This document shows, in pieces, positions 41,870 through 51,381 of a stretch of 64,000 bases of DNA (position 1 is its first letter; the number at the start of each line of letters is the position of its first letter). A program made the translations under genes and the position numbers. Location of the stretch: the sequence record SRR20825006_2737. One strand, 5' to 3'. The notes beneath the pieces are model-generated. The model made no database searches and was not told the DNA's origin. It saw only the letters and a list, made by a program, of their open reading frames with translations.

Positions 41870-42844
41870 TCAAGTGACCGAGCACCGCAACGGTTTGCCC
41901 GCCAACCCCGCGATCAAGTTATCGACCGCGATTTCCGACATTGCGTTTCGGCTGGTATGAGTCGCACTGCCGATATGCGGCAAGATCACGCAGTGAGGCG
42001 ACTTCACCAAGGCGTGATCAGCCGACAGGGGCTCAGGGGTCGTGACATCCAATCCGGCTGCAAAGATGGCTCGCCGATTCAAGGCGTCGACCAAAGCGTC
42101 TTGATCGACAATTTCACCTCGTGCCGTGTTGACCAACACCGAGGTCGACTTCATTTTGCCAATCGCATCCGCATCGATCAGGTTGCGCGTCTCGTCCGTT
42201 AGCGCGACGTGCACCGAGACGAAATCGCTTTCCGCCAACAAAGTGTCGAGTTCGACACGGCGGCCGCCCAATTCTTTTTCAACGTCGCCTTGATCGCTTC
42301 GCGACGTGTACAGGAGGTTCATCCCCCAACCTCCCACCAATCGCTTGGCGGTCGCTTGTCCGATGCGTCCCATGCCGACAATTCCTAGCGTTTTGCCGGA
42401 AGGCTCGACTCCCAACCACCCCGTCGGCTCCCAAGTTTTCCACTCGCCTTCACGAACCTGATTGCCCGCCGGTAGGACGTGCCGTGAGGCAGCAAACAAC
42501 AACGACACAGCCAAATCGGCCGTTGCATCGGTCAATACGTCTGGCGTATTCCCCACCACAACGCCGCGGGTCTTGGCCGCATCGACGTCAATGTTGTTGA
42601 AACCGACGGCATAATTGCTGACGACGCAAAGTTGCTCGCCCGCGACATCCATCAACTCGCCGTCGATTCGATCGCTCAGCATGGTCAGCAAACCATGCCG
42701 GCCCTTCACCAATCGGCACAGTTCCTCACGACTGGGTGGAATCGCCTCCGGCCAAACCTCGACTTCACAAACTTCTCGAAGCCGCTGCAGCGACTCGCCG
42801 GGAATTTGCCGCGTTACCAATACGCTGTGTTTCATCGTTTCCAT
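41870..42844 (-). CDS. D-isomer 2-hydroxyacid dehydrogenase (glyoxylate reductase / D-glycerate dehydrogenase)
   Basis: AVGFNNID, NTPDVLT, GMGRIG, NTARG, AGLDV..EP, PHIGSAT. Confidence 0.92.
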   Translation of the reverse strand: METMKHSVLVTRQIPGESLQRLREVCEVEVWPEAIPPSREELCRLVKGRHGLLTMLSDRIDGELMDVAGEQLCVVSNYAVGFNNIDVDAAKTRGVVVGNTPDVLTDATADLAVSLLFAASRHVLPAGNQVREGEWKTWEPTGWLGVEPSGKTLGIVGMGRIGQATAKRLVGGWGMNLLYTSRSDQGDVEKELGGRRVELDTLLAESDFVSVHVALTDETRNLIDADAIGKMKSTSVLVNTARGEIVDQDALVDALNRRAIFAAGLDVTTPEPLSADHALVKSPHCVILPHIGSATHTSRNAMSEIAVDNLIAGLAGKPLRCSVT

Positions 42845-43121
42845 CCCCAAACGTGACGTTTCATCGACTCGATTCCCCTTCGCGGCTTTCTTAGAAACCG
42901 ACATAATGGATCTCTGCCCCGCGACCAGGGCTTCTCGTTTCCTAAAAATGATACGATGGAGTTCGTCCGCGAAACACAGGGTTCCGGATCTTCGAACGGA
43001 AACAGCACCCTTTCCTGAACTCGTGTGCCACGTGCTGCGAACGGATTGTGCAGAAACGGATTCCGGAAACCGAATTCCAACACCCTCCAACTTGCCCCCT
43101 ACCCTTCGACGAGACTTCTGG

Positions 43122-45017
43122 ATGAATCATCGACGCAGCGGCCAGCGTTCACCTTCGAACCTCTCCCGTCCTTTTGCCGACACTTTCAGCCACCCTTGCG
43201 TTTTTGCGAGTGTCGCGATTGTTTGTCTTTCCGCGTTGCCTGTTCATTCGTTGCAAGCCGCTCCACAGCAAGCTGCCGAATCCACGCTGGAGCAAACGCC
43301 GGCGACTGAAACCGCTCCTGTGGAAGAAGCCAAGCCGGCACCACCTGTCGCGCCCGCTTTGCCAGGTGCGCCGCCGCTGCTGCCTTCACAAATGAAGCAA
43401 TCGGCGGATCCCGGCCAAGCTGACTTGGATGAAGCGGTGCTCAAACGCATTGATGCCGAATCCAACGAAGATCTGGAAGCCGTTGCCTCTCTGATCGAAT
43501 CCGCGTTGGCAAAGGGCCTCGACGACGAAAACCAATCTTTCGCGAAAAAGATGCTCGGCAGCATCCAACTTCAACGTGGCCAAGGTTTGGCCGGTGCGAT
43601 GACTCGCATGCGAGGTCGACGAGCTTTGCAAGTACGTGATGAAGCCCTGCGGGTGCTCGACCAAGCGATCGAAAACGATCCTGAACTCGCCGAAGCTCAC
43701 ATGCTGATCGCCCGATTGAACTTGCTTCCTGATGGCGATGAAGAACGAATCGCCAAAGCGACCTCGGCGGCGATCAAGTTGCTGCAAGACGATCCAAAAG
43801 AACTCAGCACCGCGTATCTGCTGCGTGCGATGACCCAAGATAAAACCGACGATCAGTTGGCGGACCTCACCAAAGCGATTGAGTTGGATCCGAGCAACGC
43901 CGAAGCCGTCCGCCAACGGGCTGGACTTCGAATGCAAGAAGGCGACTTCGACAAGGCCGTCGAGGATCTGCAAAAGGTTCTCGAACTCGATCCGACAAAC
44001 GAACAGATCGCTGCTGCGACCGTGCAGCAACTTGTCGAACTGGATCGCGCTGACGACGCATTGGAACTGCTCAGCAAAACGATCCAAGCTCGCCCAAGCG
44101 AAGGCCTGTATCGATTGCGAGCCCTGCTGTACACGAACATGGATCGCGAGGACGACGCCCTGGCCGATTTGAACAAAGCCCTCGCGATGCAACCGAAAGA
44201 TCCAATCGCGTTGTTGCAACGCGCCGAGATCTCACTTCGTCGCGACGATGTCAAAGACGCCAAACGAGACTTGGATGCCGCGATCGATTTGGCACCGCAA
44301 GTCGAGCAACTGGATCAAGCGATCGTCGTCCGCTGCTTCATCGCGGTGGAAGAAGGCCGCATGGCCGATGCGATCAACGACATGAAAATCCTGATTGATC
44401 GCAGTCCGGACGATGTGTATCGCCAACTGCAATTAGCAAATTTGTACTTGCAAGACGACCGACCTCGCCAAGCTATCGATATGCTCAGCGGTGTGCTGGA
44501 TCGCGATCCTAAAAATGCTTCCGTGTTGCGATCGCGCGGCGATGCTTACTTGGCCGTCGGCGATCATGCCGAAGCCATCGCGGACTACGAAAAAGCCCTG
44601 ACCAACCTGAACGCGGACAACGAAACCGACGCGATCATTCTTCCCAGCGTCCTGAACAATTTGGCATGGGTCCTGGCAACTTCGCCCAAAGACGAAGTCC
44701 GCAATGGCGCCCGATCGCTGGAACTTGGGTTGCGAGCGGTTGAAATGACGAATGAATCCGAAGGGCACATCTTGAGCACGCTGGCGGCCGGCTACGCGGA
44801 ATCAGGCGACTTCGAAAATGCGGTGAAGTGGAGCGAAAAAGCCGTCGAAGCAGCAAAGAAGGAACTGGAAGAAGGTGCCAGCGAAGAATCCGTGCAGCTG
44901 AAACAATTGCAAGAAGAACTGGAATCCTATCGCGTCAAAGAACCTTGGCGAGAAAAACAGGACACCGAAGAGAACCAGATCCCGTTGCTCTCACCTGATG
45001 ATTTGATCGACACTTGA
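43122..45017 (+). CDS. Secreted TPR-repeat protein
   Basis: Many TPRs; C-terminal LNNLAWVLATSP..TLAAGYAESGDF; start approximate. Confidence 0.85.
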   Translation: MNHRRSGQRSPSNLSRPFADTFSHPCVFASVAIVCLSALPVHSLQAAPQQAAESTLEQTPATETAPVEEAKPAPPVAPALPGAPPLLPSQMKQSADPGQADLDEAVLKRIDAESNEDLEAVASLIESALAKGLDDENQSFAKKMLGSIQLQRGQGLAGAMTRMRGRRALQVRDEALRVLDQAIENDPELAEAHMLIARLNLLPDGDEERIAKATSAAIKLLQDDPKELSTAYLLRAMTQDKTDDQLADLTKAIELDPSNAEAVRQRAGLRMQEGDFDKAVEDLQKVLELDPTNEQIAAATVQQLVELDRADDALELLSKTIQARPSEGLYRLRALLYTNMDREDDALADLNKALAMQPKDPIALLQRAEISLRRDDVKDAKRDLDAAIDLAPQVEQLDQAIVVRCFIAVEEGRMADAINDMKILIDRSPDDVYRQLQLANLYLQDDRPRQAIDMLSGVLDRDPKNASVLRSRGDAYLAVGDHAEAIADYEKALTNLNADNETDAIILPSVLNNLAWVLATSPKDEVRNGARSLELGLRAVEMTNESEGHILSTLAAGYAESGDFENAVKWSEKAVEAAKKELEEGASEESVQLKQLQEELESYRVKEPWREKQDTEENQIPLLSPDDLIDT

Positions 45018-45139
45018 TCGAAAACTTTTCGATCAACCGGTCCACAACGGCACACTTGGAAGTGTTGTAGGATGTTGCGAAGTTGCCTTCGCTCATTTCT
45101 CGGCGGGTTTCGCCCCGCCTTTCTTCCGGGTTCAACGCC

Positions 45140-46420
45140 ATGCCGCTGCCTCGACTCTCGCGACGGACATTCTCACGAAGCGTCGCGAGTCTGCGATTCT
45201 TTCTGCCCACCGCCTTTTTGCTGCTGCTGGCGTTGCTGTCGGTGAGCAGCGACGCTTTGGCGGACCAGCCCGGCAACACCACCAACGATTCGTTGGTAGA
45301 AGTCTTGAACCGGGTCGACGCGGAAGGCGTTGGGCATTCGGATGCGATGAAGGCGATGTCGGCCCAAGCGAAATCGACGGACGTCTCTCCAGCCCAGTTG
45401 TTCGCGACGTTGGACTCGATGAGCCACGCCGAACCGCGAGCAAAGAATTGGCTGCGGTTGCTGGCATCTCAGCAGATTGAAGCGGCCGAGTCCAACGCGG
45501 CGACGACCGGCAAGTTGAATTCGTTGAGAGAGGATCTGCTCGTATTCTTCAACGACCGATCTCACGACGGCGATGCCCGCTACCTGATCTATCGTCACCT
45601 CGTTGATAAAAACCCGGATCGTCGAGAAACGTTGCTCGAACAGGCTGTCGACGACCCGTTCATTCCTCTTCGCTACTTGGCGATAGAGCGAAAGATGAAG
45701 CAAGCGGAACAGCTTGAGGGCGAAGAAGCGATCGAGGCCTACCTTGAATTGCTGCCTCTCGCCCGTCATCCGAACCACTTGCGAGAGATCACCGCTTCGC
45801 TGAAGAAACTCGACCGTCCAGTTCAGCTGGCCAAGCAACTTGCCATGATCAAGCAGTGGCAGGTCATCGCTCCTTTCGGCAACAAGGACAGCGAGGGATT
45901 CGATCACGTCTATAAGGTCGAAACCGAGTATGCGGAATCGCCTTTGGATCACGAGCTTGTCAAACAGTCTTTTGAAGCCACGACAACGTCTGAAGGCGAC
46001 GACAAAACGACTGGCGAAACCCTGACCTGGCAAACACTATCGACCGACGACAACGCGGGGATGGTGGACTTGAATCCTACCTACGACAACGCCAAAGACG
46101 CGATCGCGTACGCGGTGTGTTTCTTTGATTTGCCCGAAGGAGAAACCACGGATGCACAAGCGAGGCTGGGTTGCATCAACGGCAACAAAGCCTGGATCAA
46201 TGGACAGCCTGTACTCAGCAACGAGGTCTATCACTCCGGTTCGAGCATCGATCAATACGTTTCGAATTGCCAACTTCGACCCGGATTGAATTCGGTTTTG
46301 TTGAAGATCTGCCAGAACAACCAGACCCAACCTTGGGCGCAAGACTGGCAATTTCAGTTTCGTTTGACGGATTCGACGGGTCGCGGAATTCCGGTGACCG
46401 TTCTCAACGTCGCTCGCTGA
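45140..46420 (+). CDS. Secreted hypothetical protein (helical N-terminus, beta-sandwich C-terminus)
   Basis: Signal peptide ending ALA; WQVIAPF and KAWING..LRPGLNSVLLKICQ. Confidence 0.7.
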   Translation: MPLPRLSRRTFSRSVASLRFFLPTAFLLLLALLSVSSDALADQPGNTTNDSLVEVLNRVDAEGVGHSDAMKAMSAQAKSTDVSPAQLFATLDSMSHAEPRAKNWLRLLASQQIEAAESNAATTGKLNSLREDLLVFFNDRSHDGDARYLIYRHLVDKNPDRRETLLEQAVDDPFIPLRYLAIERKMKQAEQLEGEEAIEAYLELLPLARHPNHLREITASLKKLDRPVQLAKQLAMIKQWQVIAPFGNKDSEGFDHVYKVETEYAESPLDHELVKQSFEATTTSEGDDKTTGETLTWQTLSTDDNAGMVDLNPTYDNAKDAIAYAVCFFDLPEGETTDAQARLGCINGNKAWINGQPVLSNEVYHSGSSIDQYVSNCQLRPGLNSVLLKICQNNQTQPWAQDWQFQFRLTDSTGRGIPVTVLNVAR

Positions 46421-46459
46421 AAAGACACACCTCAACGACATCCTCAGGACCTGACCGTC

Positions 46460-47722
46460 ATGCACTTTTCTCAACGCTTCGTATTTGCTGGGCTGATCGC
46501 TGCAGGCATCGGCCTGGTACCTGGTTTTGTCTCCCAAAACGCATTCGCCTCAGACTGGTTGCAATTTCGAGGATCCGACACAACGTCTTCGTCCAGTGAG
46601 GTCACGCCTCGTCCGGGCGATGACTCAATGCAACCAGCCTGGGAAGTTGCCACTTCCGGACGTGGCATCAGCAGTCCCATCGTGATTGGCGACAGCGTGG
46701 TGGTGACCAGCAGTGGAGGCGAGGATGAGCGAGATCTGTACATCGAAGCCTTTTCCGCACTCGACGGATCTCGTTTGTGGTTGCGAACGCTGCATGCACT
46801 CGGCCGGCCCTACACGCATCCGACCAGTGCCAACGCATCCCCATCGCCCGCCAGCGACGGTGAAAAAATTGTCGCCTTGTTCAGCTCCTGCGACTTGGTT
46901 TGCCTGAAAACCGACGGCACTCCGCTCTGGTATCGAGCTCTCGCGGTCGATCATCCTCGGACGGGCAACGATGTCTCGATGAGCAGTTCGCTCGTCATCC
47001 TCGATGATGTGATCGCCGTTCAACTCGAAAACCAAGGCGACTCGTTTTGCAGCGGCATTGATCTCGAAACCGGCGAGACGCTTTGGACTCGCCCCCGCCC
47101 ACGTCGCTCGGGATGGGCCACGCCGATCGCGGTTCGATTGCCCGACCCCGCCTTCGTCTTTCAAAATGCCGACGGAATCGAACTCGTTGCCGCACGATCC
47201 GGTGAGCTCCTCGCGACACTCGATATCTCCGGCAGCACCACCTCGTCGCCCACATGGGCACCGCCACTGTTGCTCGTTCCAGGCAACGGCATCACCGCGT
47301 TCAATCTTCGCGAACCGTCGTTCCCGATCGCTTGGGAAAACTCTCGGCTGAAGTGCAGAAGTGTTTCGCCCGTGGTTCACAACGGGCAAGTCATCGTGAA
47401 CCAAGGATCCGTGATTGCCGCGGCGGACTTCACGACCGGCGAGTCGACCTGGAAGACTCGCATGCGGGATGTCAAATCCGTTTGGGCAACACCGATCGCC
47501 ACCGCATCCGGGATCTACGTCGTCGACCAATCCGGAACCATCACGGTGGTCGGCGAAGAGTCCGACACCGGCGAAGTCGACGTTCTCGGCACCGCGGAAT
47601 TCACCGGCCCGATGCTCGCCACGCCCGCCGTCTCGGATGGATGCATCTTTCTTCGCAGCGATCGATCGCTGATCAAGCTTGCTCATTCGACGGCCTCGGA
47701 GTCAAAACCAGCCGCCGAATGA
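46460..47722 (+). CDS. PQQ-binding-like (BamB-type) beta-propeller protein
   Basis: DWLQFRG, SSPIV, SPASDG, ATPAVSDG..FLRS. Confidence 0.85.
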   Translation: MHFSQRFVFAGLIAAGIGLVPGFVSQNAFASDWLQFRGSDTTSSSSEVTPRPGDDSMQPAWEVATSGRGISSPIVIGDSVVVTSSGGEDERDLYIEAFSALDGSRLWLRTLHALGRPYTHPTSANASPSPASDGEKIVALFSSCDLVCLKTDGTPLWYRALAVDHPRTGNDVSMSSSLVILDDVIAVQLENQGDSFCSGIDLETGETLWTRPRPRRSGWATPIAVRLPDPAFVFQNADGIELVAARSGELLATLDISGSTTSSPTWAPPLLLVPGNGITAFNLREPSFPIAWENSRLKCRSVSPVVHNGQVIVNQGSVIAAADFTTGESTWKTRMRDVKSVWATPIATASGIYVVDQSGTITVVGEESDTGEVDVLGTAEFTGPMLATPAVSDGCIFLRSDRSLIKLAHSTASESKPAAE

Positions 47723-47953
47723 GGTCGCTTTGAGTTGGTCGTTTTAAACTCGGCCGCTCCGGCGACCTGGGTGAAAAAACCACAGGTCGCCAGGAGCGGC
47801 CTCGCCCCAATAGTCATATCGACGTCACGTAGCGACAACTCCATGGGCGAATTCGCTCAATTGGCACAGCAGTTGCGATTTGATCCCTCTGAGGCGACAC
47901 CGCGAGCGTTCGCGTTTGTCGTTCCCAACAGTCTGAATCCATCAGAGGGCGCC

Positions 47954-48649
47954 ATGCGCGAAGAAATAAAGAACATCGACTGGTTGAACGTGTTCGACCA
48001 AGAACCGGACGTTGGCCTAACGGTCGTCGAGGACAATGGCCAGATCATCCACTTCAACCAAGCCGCCCTTCGCTTGTTCGGCGTCGACGACGAAGACTTG
48101 CTCGGTAAAAGTCTTCACGACGTTTTTGCGGAGGAATACGTGCAAGAACGAATGTCATGGGTCCGGGAAGTCATCGACACCAACAAAGCGCTTCGAGCGA
48201 CCCATATCTATTGCGGCCGAATGTTGGTCTCGTCGTTCTATCCGCACCGCGATGGCGATCGAAATTTCGCGATCGTGCTGACCCGTCTGGATGGCATGCT
48301 GCCTGATGGTGACATCAAGGACACACAGAGTCAGTTCATCGATTTGGGTCCATTGTCGGTACTCAGTCCTCGTGAGCTGGAAGTGCTGGTCTTGCTGGGG
48401 CAGGGCAACAGCGTCCCCGAAGTTTCGCGTTTGCTTTACCGCAGCCCGCGGACAATCGAGCGTCACAAAACCGAAATCGGCCACAAGCTTGGCGTTTCAT
48501 CGATCGCGCAGCTCACTCGCTTGGTCGCTCAGGCCGGTTTGAAACCGGAACACCTGCCACTGCAGCGATTCAACGCTGTCCCGAAGCCTCACCAATGCAC
48601 GCCAGACTTGTTGCCAGTCAACATCGAAGCCTCCACGTCATCCGCCTGA
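47954..48649 (+). CDS. PAS + LuxR-type HTH transcriptional regulator
   Basis: FNQAALRLFG..LLGKS PAS motif; LSPRELEVL..SPRTIERHK..KLG HTH. Confidence 0.85.
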   Translation: MREEIKNIDWLNVFDQEPDVGLTVVEDNGQIIHFNQAALRLFGVDDEDLLGKSLHDVFAEEYVQERMSWVREVIDTNKALRATHIYCGRMLVSSFYPHRDGDRNFAIVLTRLDGMLPDGDIKDTQSQFIDLGPLSVLSPRELEVLVLLGQGNSVPEVSRLLYRSPRTIERHKTEIGHKLGVSSIAQLTRLVAQAGLKPEHLPLQRFNAVPKPHQCTPDLLPVNIEASTSSA

Positions 48650-48732
48650 TCGAACCCATCGACAGACTTTCGTGTCCCCAAGTTCACGGAAGCCAATCCA
48701 GGCGATACACTTCTGCCATCACACCGACTGAT

Positions 48733-48817
48733 GCCCAGGTGGTGGAATTGGCAGACACAGGGGACTTAAAATCCCCCGGACGTTTAGTCCTTGCGGGTTC
48801 GAGTCCCGCCCTGGGTA
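48733..48817 (+). tRNA. tRNA-Leu (anticodon TAA), CCA not encoded
   Basis: GCCCAGG acceptor stem, GGAATTGGCAGAC D-loop, GGGGA-CTTAAAA-TCCCC anticodon arm, long variable arm, GGTTCGAGTCC T-arm. Confidence 0.96.
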
Positions 48818-49300
48818 CTGATGAGTGCCGTCGCACGGTATCGCGGCGAGTAGAACTGCGGTTTTCACTGGTCTTTCAACAGTTACCCATTCCACCCCGT
48901 CGTTCGTCTTCGCAGTTCGCTACTGCGAAGTGGGGTGCATTTTGGGGTGGGACACTCTTTGTTGCAGGCGGATGCATGACCGATCAGCAACATTCCAGCG
49001 CGCAGAAATGACTCGTTGTTGATCTTTTGTGAATTGCCGAGGACTTTTCGCCGAGTCTTTGTGTGCAACGAAGCACCCTCATTCGCCGCTTCGAAGAGCT
49101 CACCTTGTTGACCGCCGAATAGCAGCTTGTTGCTGGGTAATTACCCCCGCCGATGAAACGTACAACGAGGGCACCGGGTCCGCCCTAGAGTCACAACTGG
49201 CTAATTCGGTGCTGGCAGATCTTCAAGCTACAAGACAGAAGCACCGTAAACGGGTGTCATCACGAAGCCGCTTTCAATTGCTGTGAAAAGGCTTTGGCTC

Positions 49301-49543
49301 TCAGAAGTAGCTTGCCTTCTTCGAACCGCACACTATTCCCTGCGGTAAAAAAACTTGTTTGCTCGTAGCGACTCGATCGTCAATTATGACATCAAGCCGG
49401 CCCGTGTTGGACTTTTCAGACTGCTTTGGGAATTCACGCAGCACGACGAAGTCAGGACCAACCTGTGCCAATGAGTAAACTTGACCGGCCAGAAACAGCT
49501 TGATCACGACTTGTGCCGAGTAAGGACTTCGTCTTCTAACCAT
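49301..49543 (-). CDS. Small beta-rich hypothetical protein (80 aa), head-to-head with the kinase-like gene
   Basis: MVRRRSPYSAQVVIKLFLAGQVYSLAQVGPDFVVLRE...FLPQGI; its ATG is the complement of CAT at 49541-49543. Confidence 0.55.
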   Translation of the reverse strand: MVRRRSPYSAQVVIKLFLAGQVYSLAQVGPDFVVLREFPKQSEKSNTGRLDVIIDDRVATSKQVFLPQGIVCGSKKASYF

Positions 49544-50057
49544 GGACCAGTTGACATCAGAGGAACGAGCGTCGGCGTACTGCAAAAAACGATGTTCAGT
49601 ACCTGATTTTGGCAATCTGCTGGGAATGGGCCAAGAGGGGTCTGTCTGGCCTACAGATAATGAAACCGCAATAAAGGTATTCGACCGGGAACGAAACTTC
49701 AATTCTGAAGTCAGTTGCTACGAAATCCTCCGAGACAACCAAGTTTACGAAATCGATGGATTCACGATTCCCCACTTGATAGACAGCGATTCAGAGCTTC
49801 TTGTCGTCGAGATGACGATTGTCGCTCCTCCATTTATTCTCGACTTTGGAAAAGCCTACATCAACCAACGACCGGATTTCTCTGAATCGGTAATGGAATA
49901 CTACGAGCAAGAGCGAGCAGAAATGTTTGAGGGTAATTGGGACTTGGTTGACTCAGCCGTGTCGTCGCTTGAGCAATTCGGGATTTTCTATTGGGACGCG
50001 AGACCCGGCAATATCGATTGCCGGAATCACCCGCTGGCAAAGCAGAACGACGGATGA
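49542..50057 (+). CDS. Minimal protein-kinase-like protein (171 aa) with atypical motif order
   Basis: LGMGQEGSV Gly-loop, AIK, helix C Glu, ILDFGKA at aa 99-105, GIFYWDARPGNI at aa 147-158. Confidence 0.7.
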   Translation: MDQLTSEERASAYCKKRCSVPDFGNLLGMGQEGSVWPTDNETAIKVFDRERNFNSEVSCYEILRDNQVYEIDGFTIPHLIDSDSELLVVEMTIVAPPFILDFGKAYINQRPDFSESVMEYYEQERAEMFEGNWDLVDSAVSSLEQFGIFYWDARPGNIDCRNHPLAKQNDG

Positions 50058-50144
50058 ATGTCGCCTGCACTTGTTCATCCGACGAATTGCAGAGGCTGTC
50101 CTCGGACCACTGAATTGGTAAGCACAGTTCTTTCAGTGTCGCTC

Positions 50145-50196
50145 AAGAAAAAAGCCGCTTCGGCGTGAGCGGTGATCGCTGACGCTGAAACGGCTT
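50145..50196 (-). terminator. Rho-independent terminator for the DUF3500 gene
   Basis: aagaaaaaagccg...cggctt long hairpin; the A-run on + is a U-tail on -. Confidence 0.65.
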
Positions 50197-50256
50197 GGAT
50201 GATTCGCGAGACTCGATCGGATGAAGAGCGAGTCTTTTTGAAAGAGTCGTCGTCGC

Positions 50257-51303
50257 TCAGGGAGCGACTGGCAAATCGAAGTCGCCAGACAAGTCTCGGT
50301 AGACGCAGTGAATGTGGTTGGCCGGATTGCCCGCCGGATCGGCTTGCGTGTTCACAAACTCGATCAAGAAACGTTCGCCTTGCACGCGGTAGTAGTGGCC
50401 GATGCCGGGCTCAAGGGCTCCGGCCCAGGCAAAGTGAACCTTGCTCCAACCGTCCGACTCAATCTGTTGCGACCGTTCGGCAGCGACTTCCTCGGGTGCG
50501 ACTTGGACATACAAGTCGACCAAATCTCGAAGTTGCTTTTGTTGATCCGGGTTCAAACTCGAGTAAGCAATCCCTTCGGGTTCCCCAACTTCAGGTTGAG
50601 GCTCGCCAGCGAATCGAATTTCAGCCAAAGCTTCTTCCGCGAATCGGGCGACTTTGATCTGGTTGGCATCCAACGAGTTCACAAGCTTGAACGCGAGCTG
50701 TTCTTCTTGGTTCAAAACTGCGGTGCCCTTGCCGAGCGTGACGCTGGTTTCGTTTTTTACGACGGCGGGGTTGGTCGCCATGAATTGCGGTGTGGAATCA
50801 ACCACCTTTCCACCACGGCAGACAAAGTTGAGCGACAAGTGGTGGCCTTCGAATGACAATCCCCATCGTGCGTCTTCGCCCTCCGCTTTGACATCGCCAA
50901 ACAACGTGACGTAGTAGCGTTGTGGGTTACGTTCCCAAGTTCCTTTACCAGCTTCCATCTCGTTGAGGACTTCCTCCAGCAACATGATCCGGTTGGCTTT
51001 GCTGTAACCTGCTTCGCTGAGTGCGGAACGAAGAAGGCGCAAAGCGGCCGTTCGCTGAGCATCATTCATCTGCTCGAGCATCAAGCCTTTGCGTTCCTTC
51101 TTTGGAATGAAATGCCAACCGACTCGCTTGGGCGAATCGAACGCCATCACAGCGTCAGCCTTTTGCTCCGTTGTCAGCGTATCCACAAACGCGACGGCAA
51201 AGGTTTGCATTTGTTCGGCGGGAGAAGCCGCCAGCTTCCAACCTGCGAGGCCGACGACCGCGACGGCGAAAAGAGAAAGCGTGGCAAAACGAATTTTGTT
51301 CAT
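50257..51303 (-). CDS. DUF3500 domain protein, secreted
   Basis: WHFIP..RKGL, LSEAGYSK, WGLSFEGHHLSLN, YYRVQG, NHIHCVYRD. Confidence 0.85.
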   Translation of the reverse strand: MNKIRFATLSLFAVAVVGLAGWKLAASPAEQMQTFAVAFVDTLTTEQKADAVMAFDSPKRVGWHFIPKKERKGLMLEQMNDAQRTAALRLLRSALSEAGYSKANRIMLLEEVLNEMEAGKGTWERNPQRYYVTLFGDVKAEGEDARWGLSFEGHHLSLNFVCRGGKVVDSTPQFMATNPAVVKNETSVTLGKGTAVLNQEEQLAFKLVNSLDANQIKVARFAEEALAEIRFAGEPQPEVGEPEGIAYSSLNPDQQKQLRDLVDLYVQVAPEEVAAERSQQIESDGWSKVHFAWAGALEPGIGHYYRVQGERFLIEFVNTQADPAGNPANHIHCVYRDLSGDFDLPVAP

Positions 51304-51381
51304 GGCGGGGTAGTGAAAGGGAGGAAGTGAGTCTCGGAGCAGCAATCGATCCGAAAGGTGGGAATCCGGCGGAGCGGGAAA

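Noticed and set aside
42615-43121. N-terminal extension of the TPR ORF (800 aa in the track)
   Set aside because: Overlaps the divergent dehydrogenase; the signal-peptide-like segment begins after 43122.
49544-49702. Longer 133-aa version of the minus-strand islet ORF
   Set aside because: It has a non-ATG start and overlaps 160 nt of the kinase N-lobe; ATG 49543 is preferred, though the longer form is not excluded.
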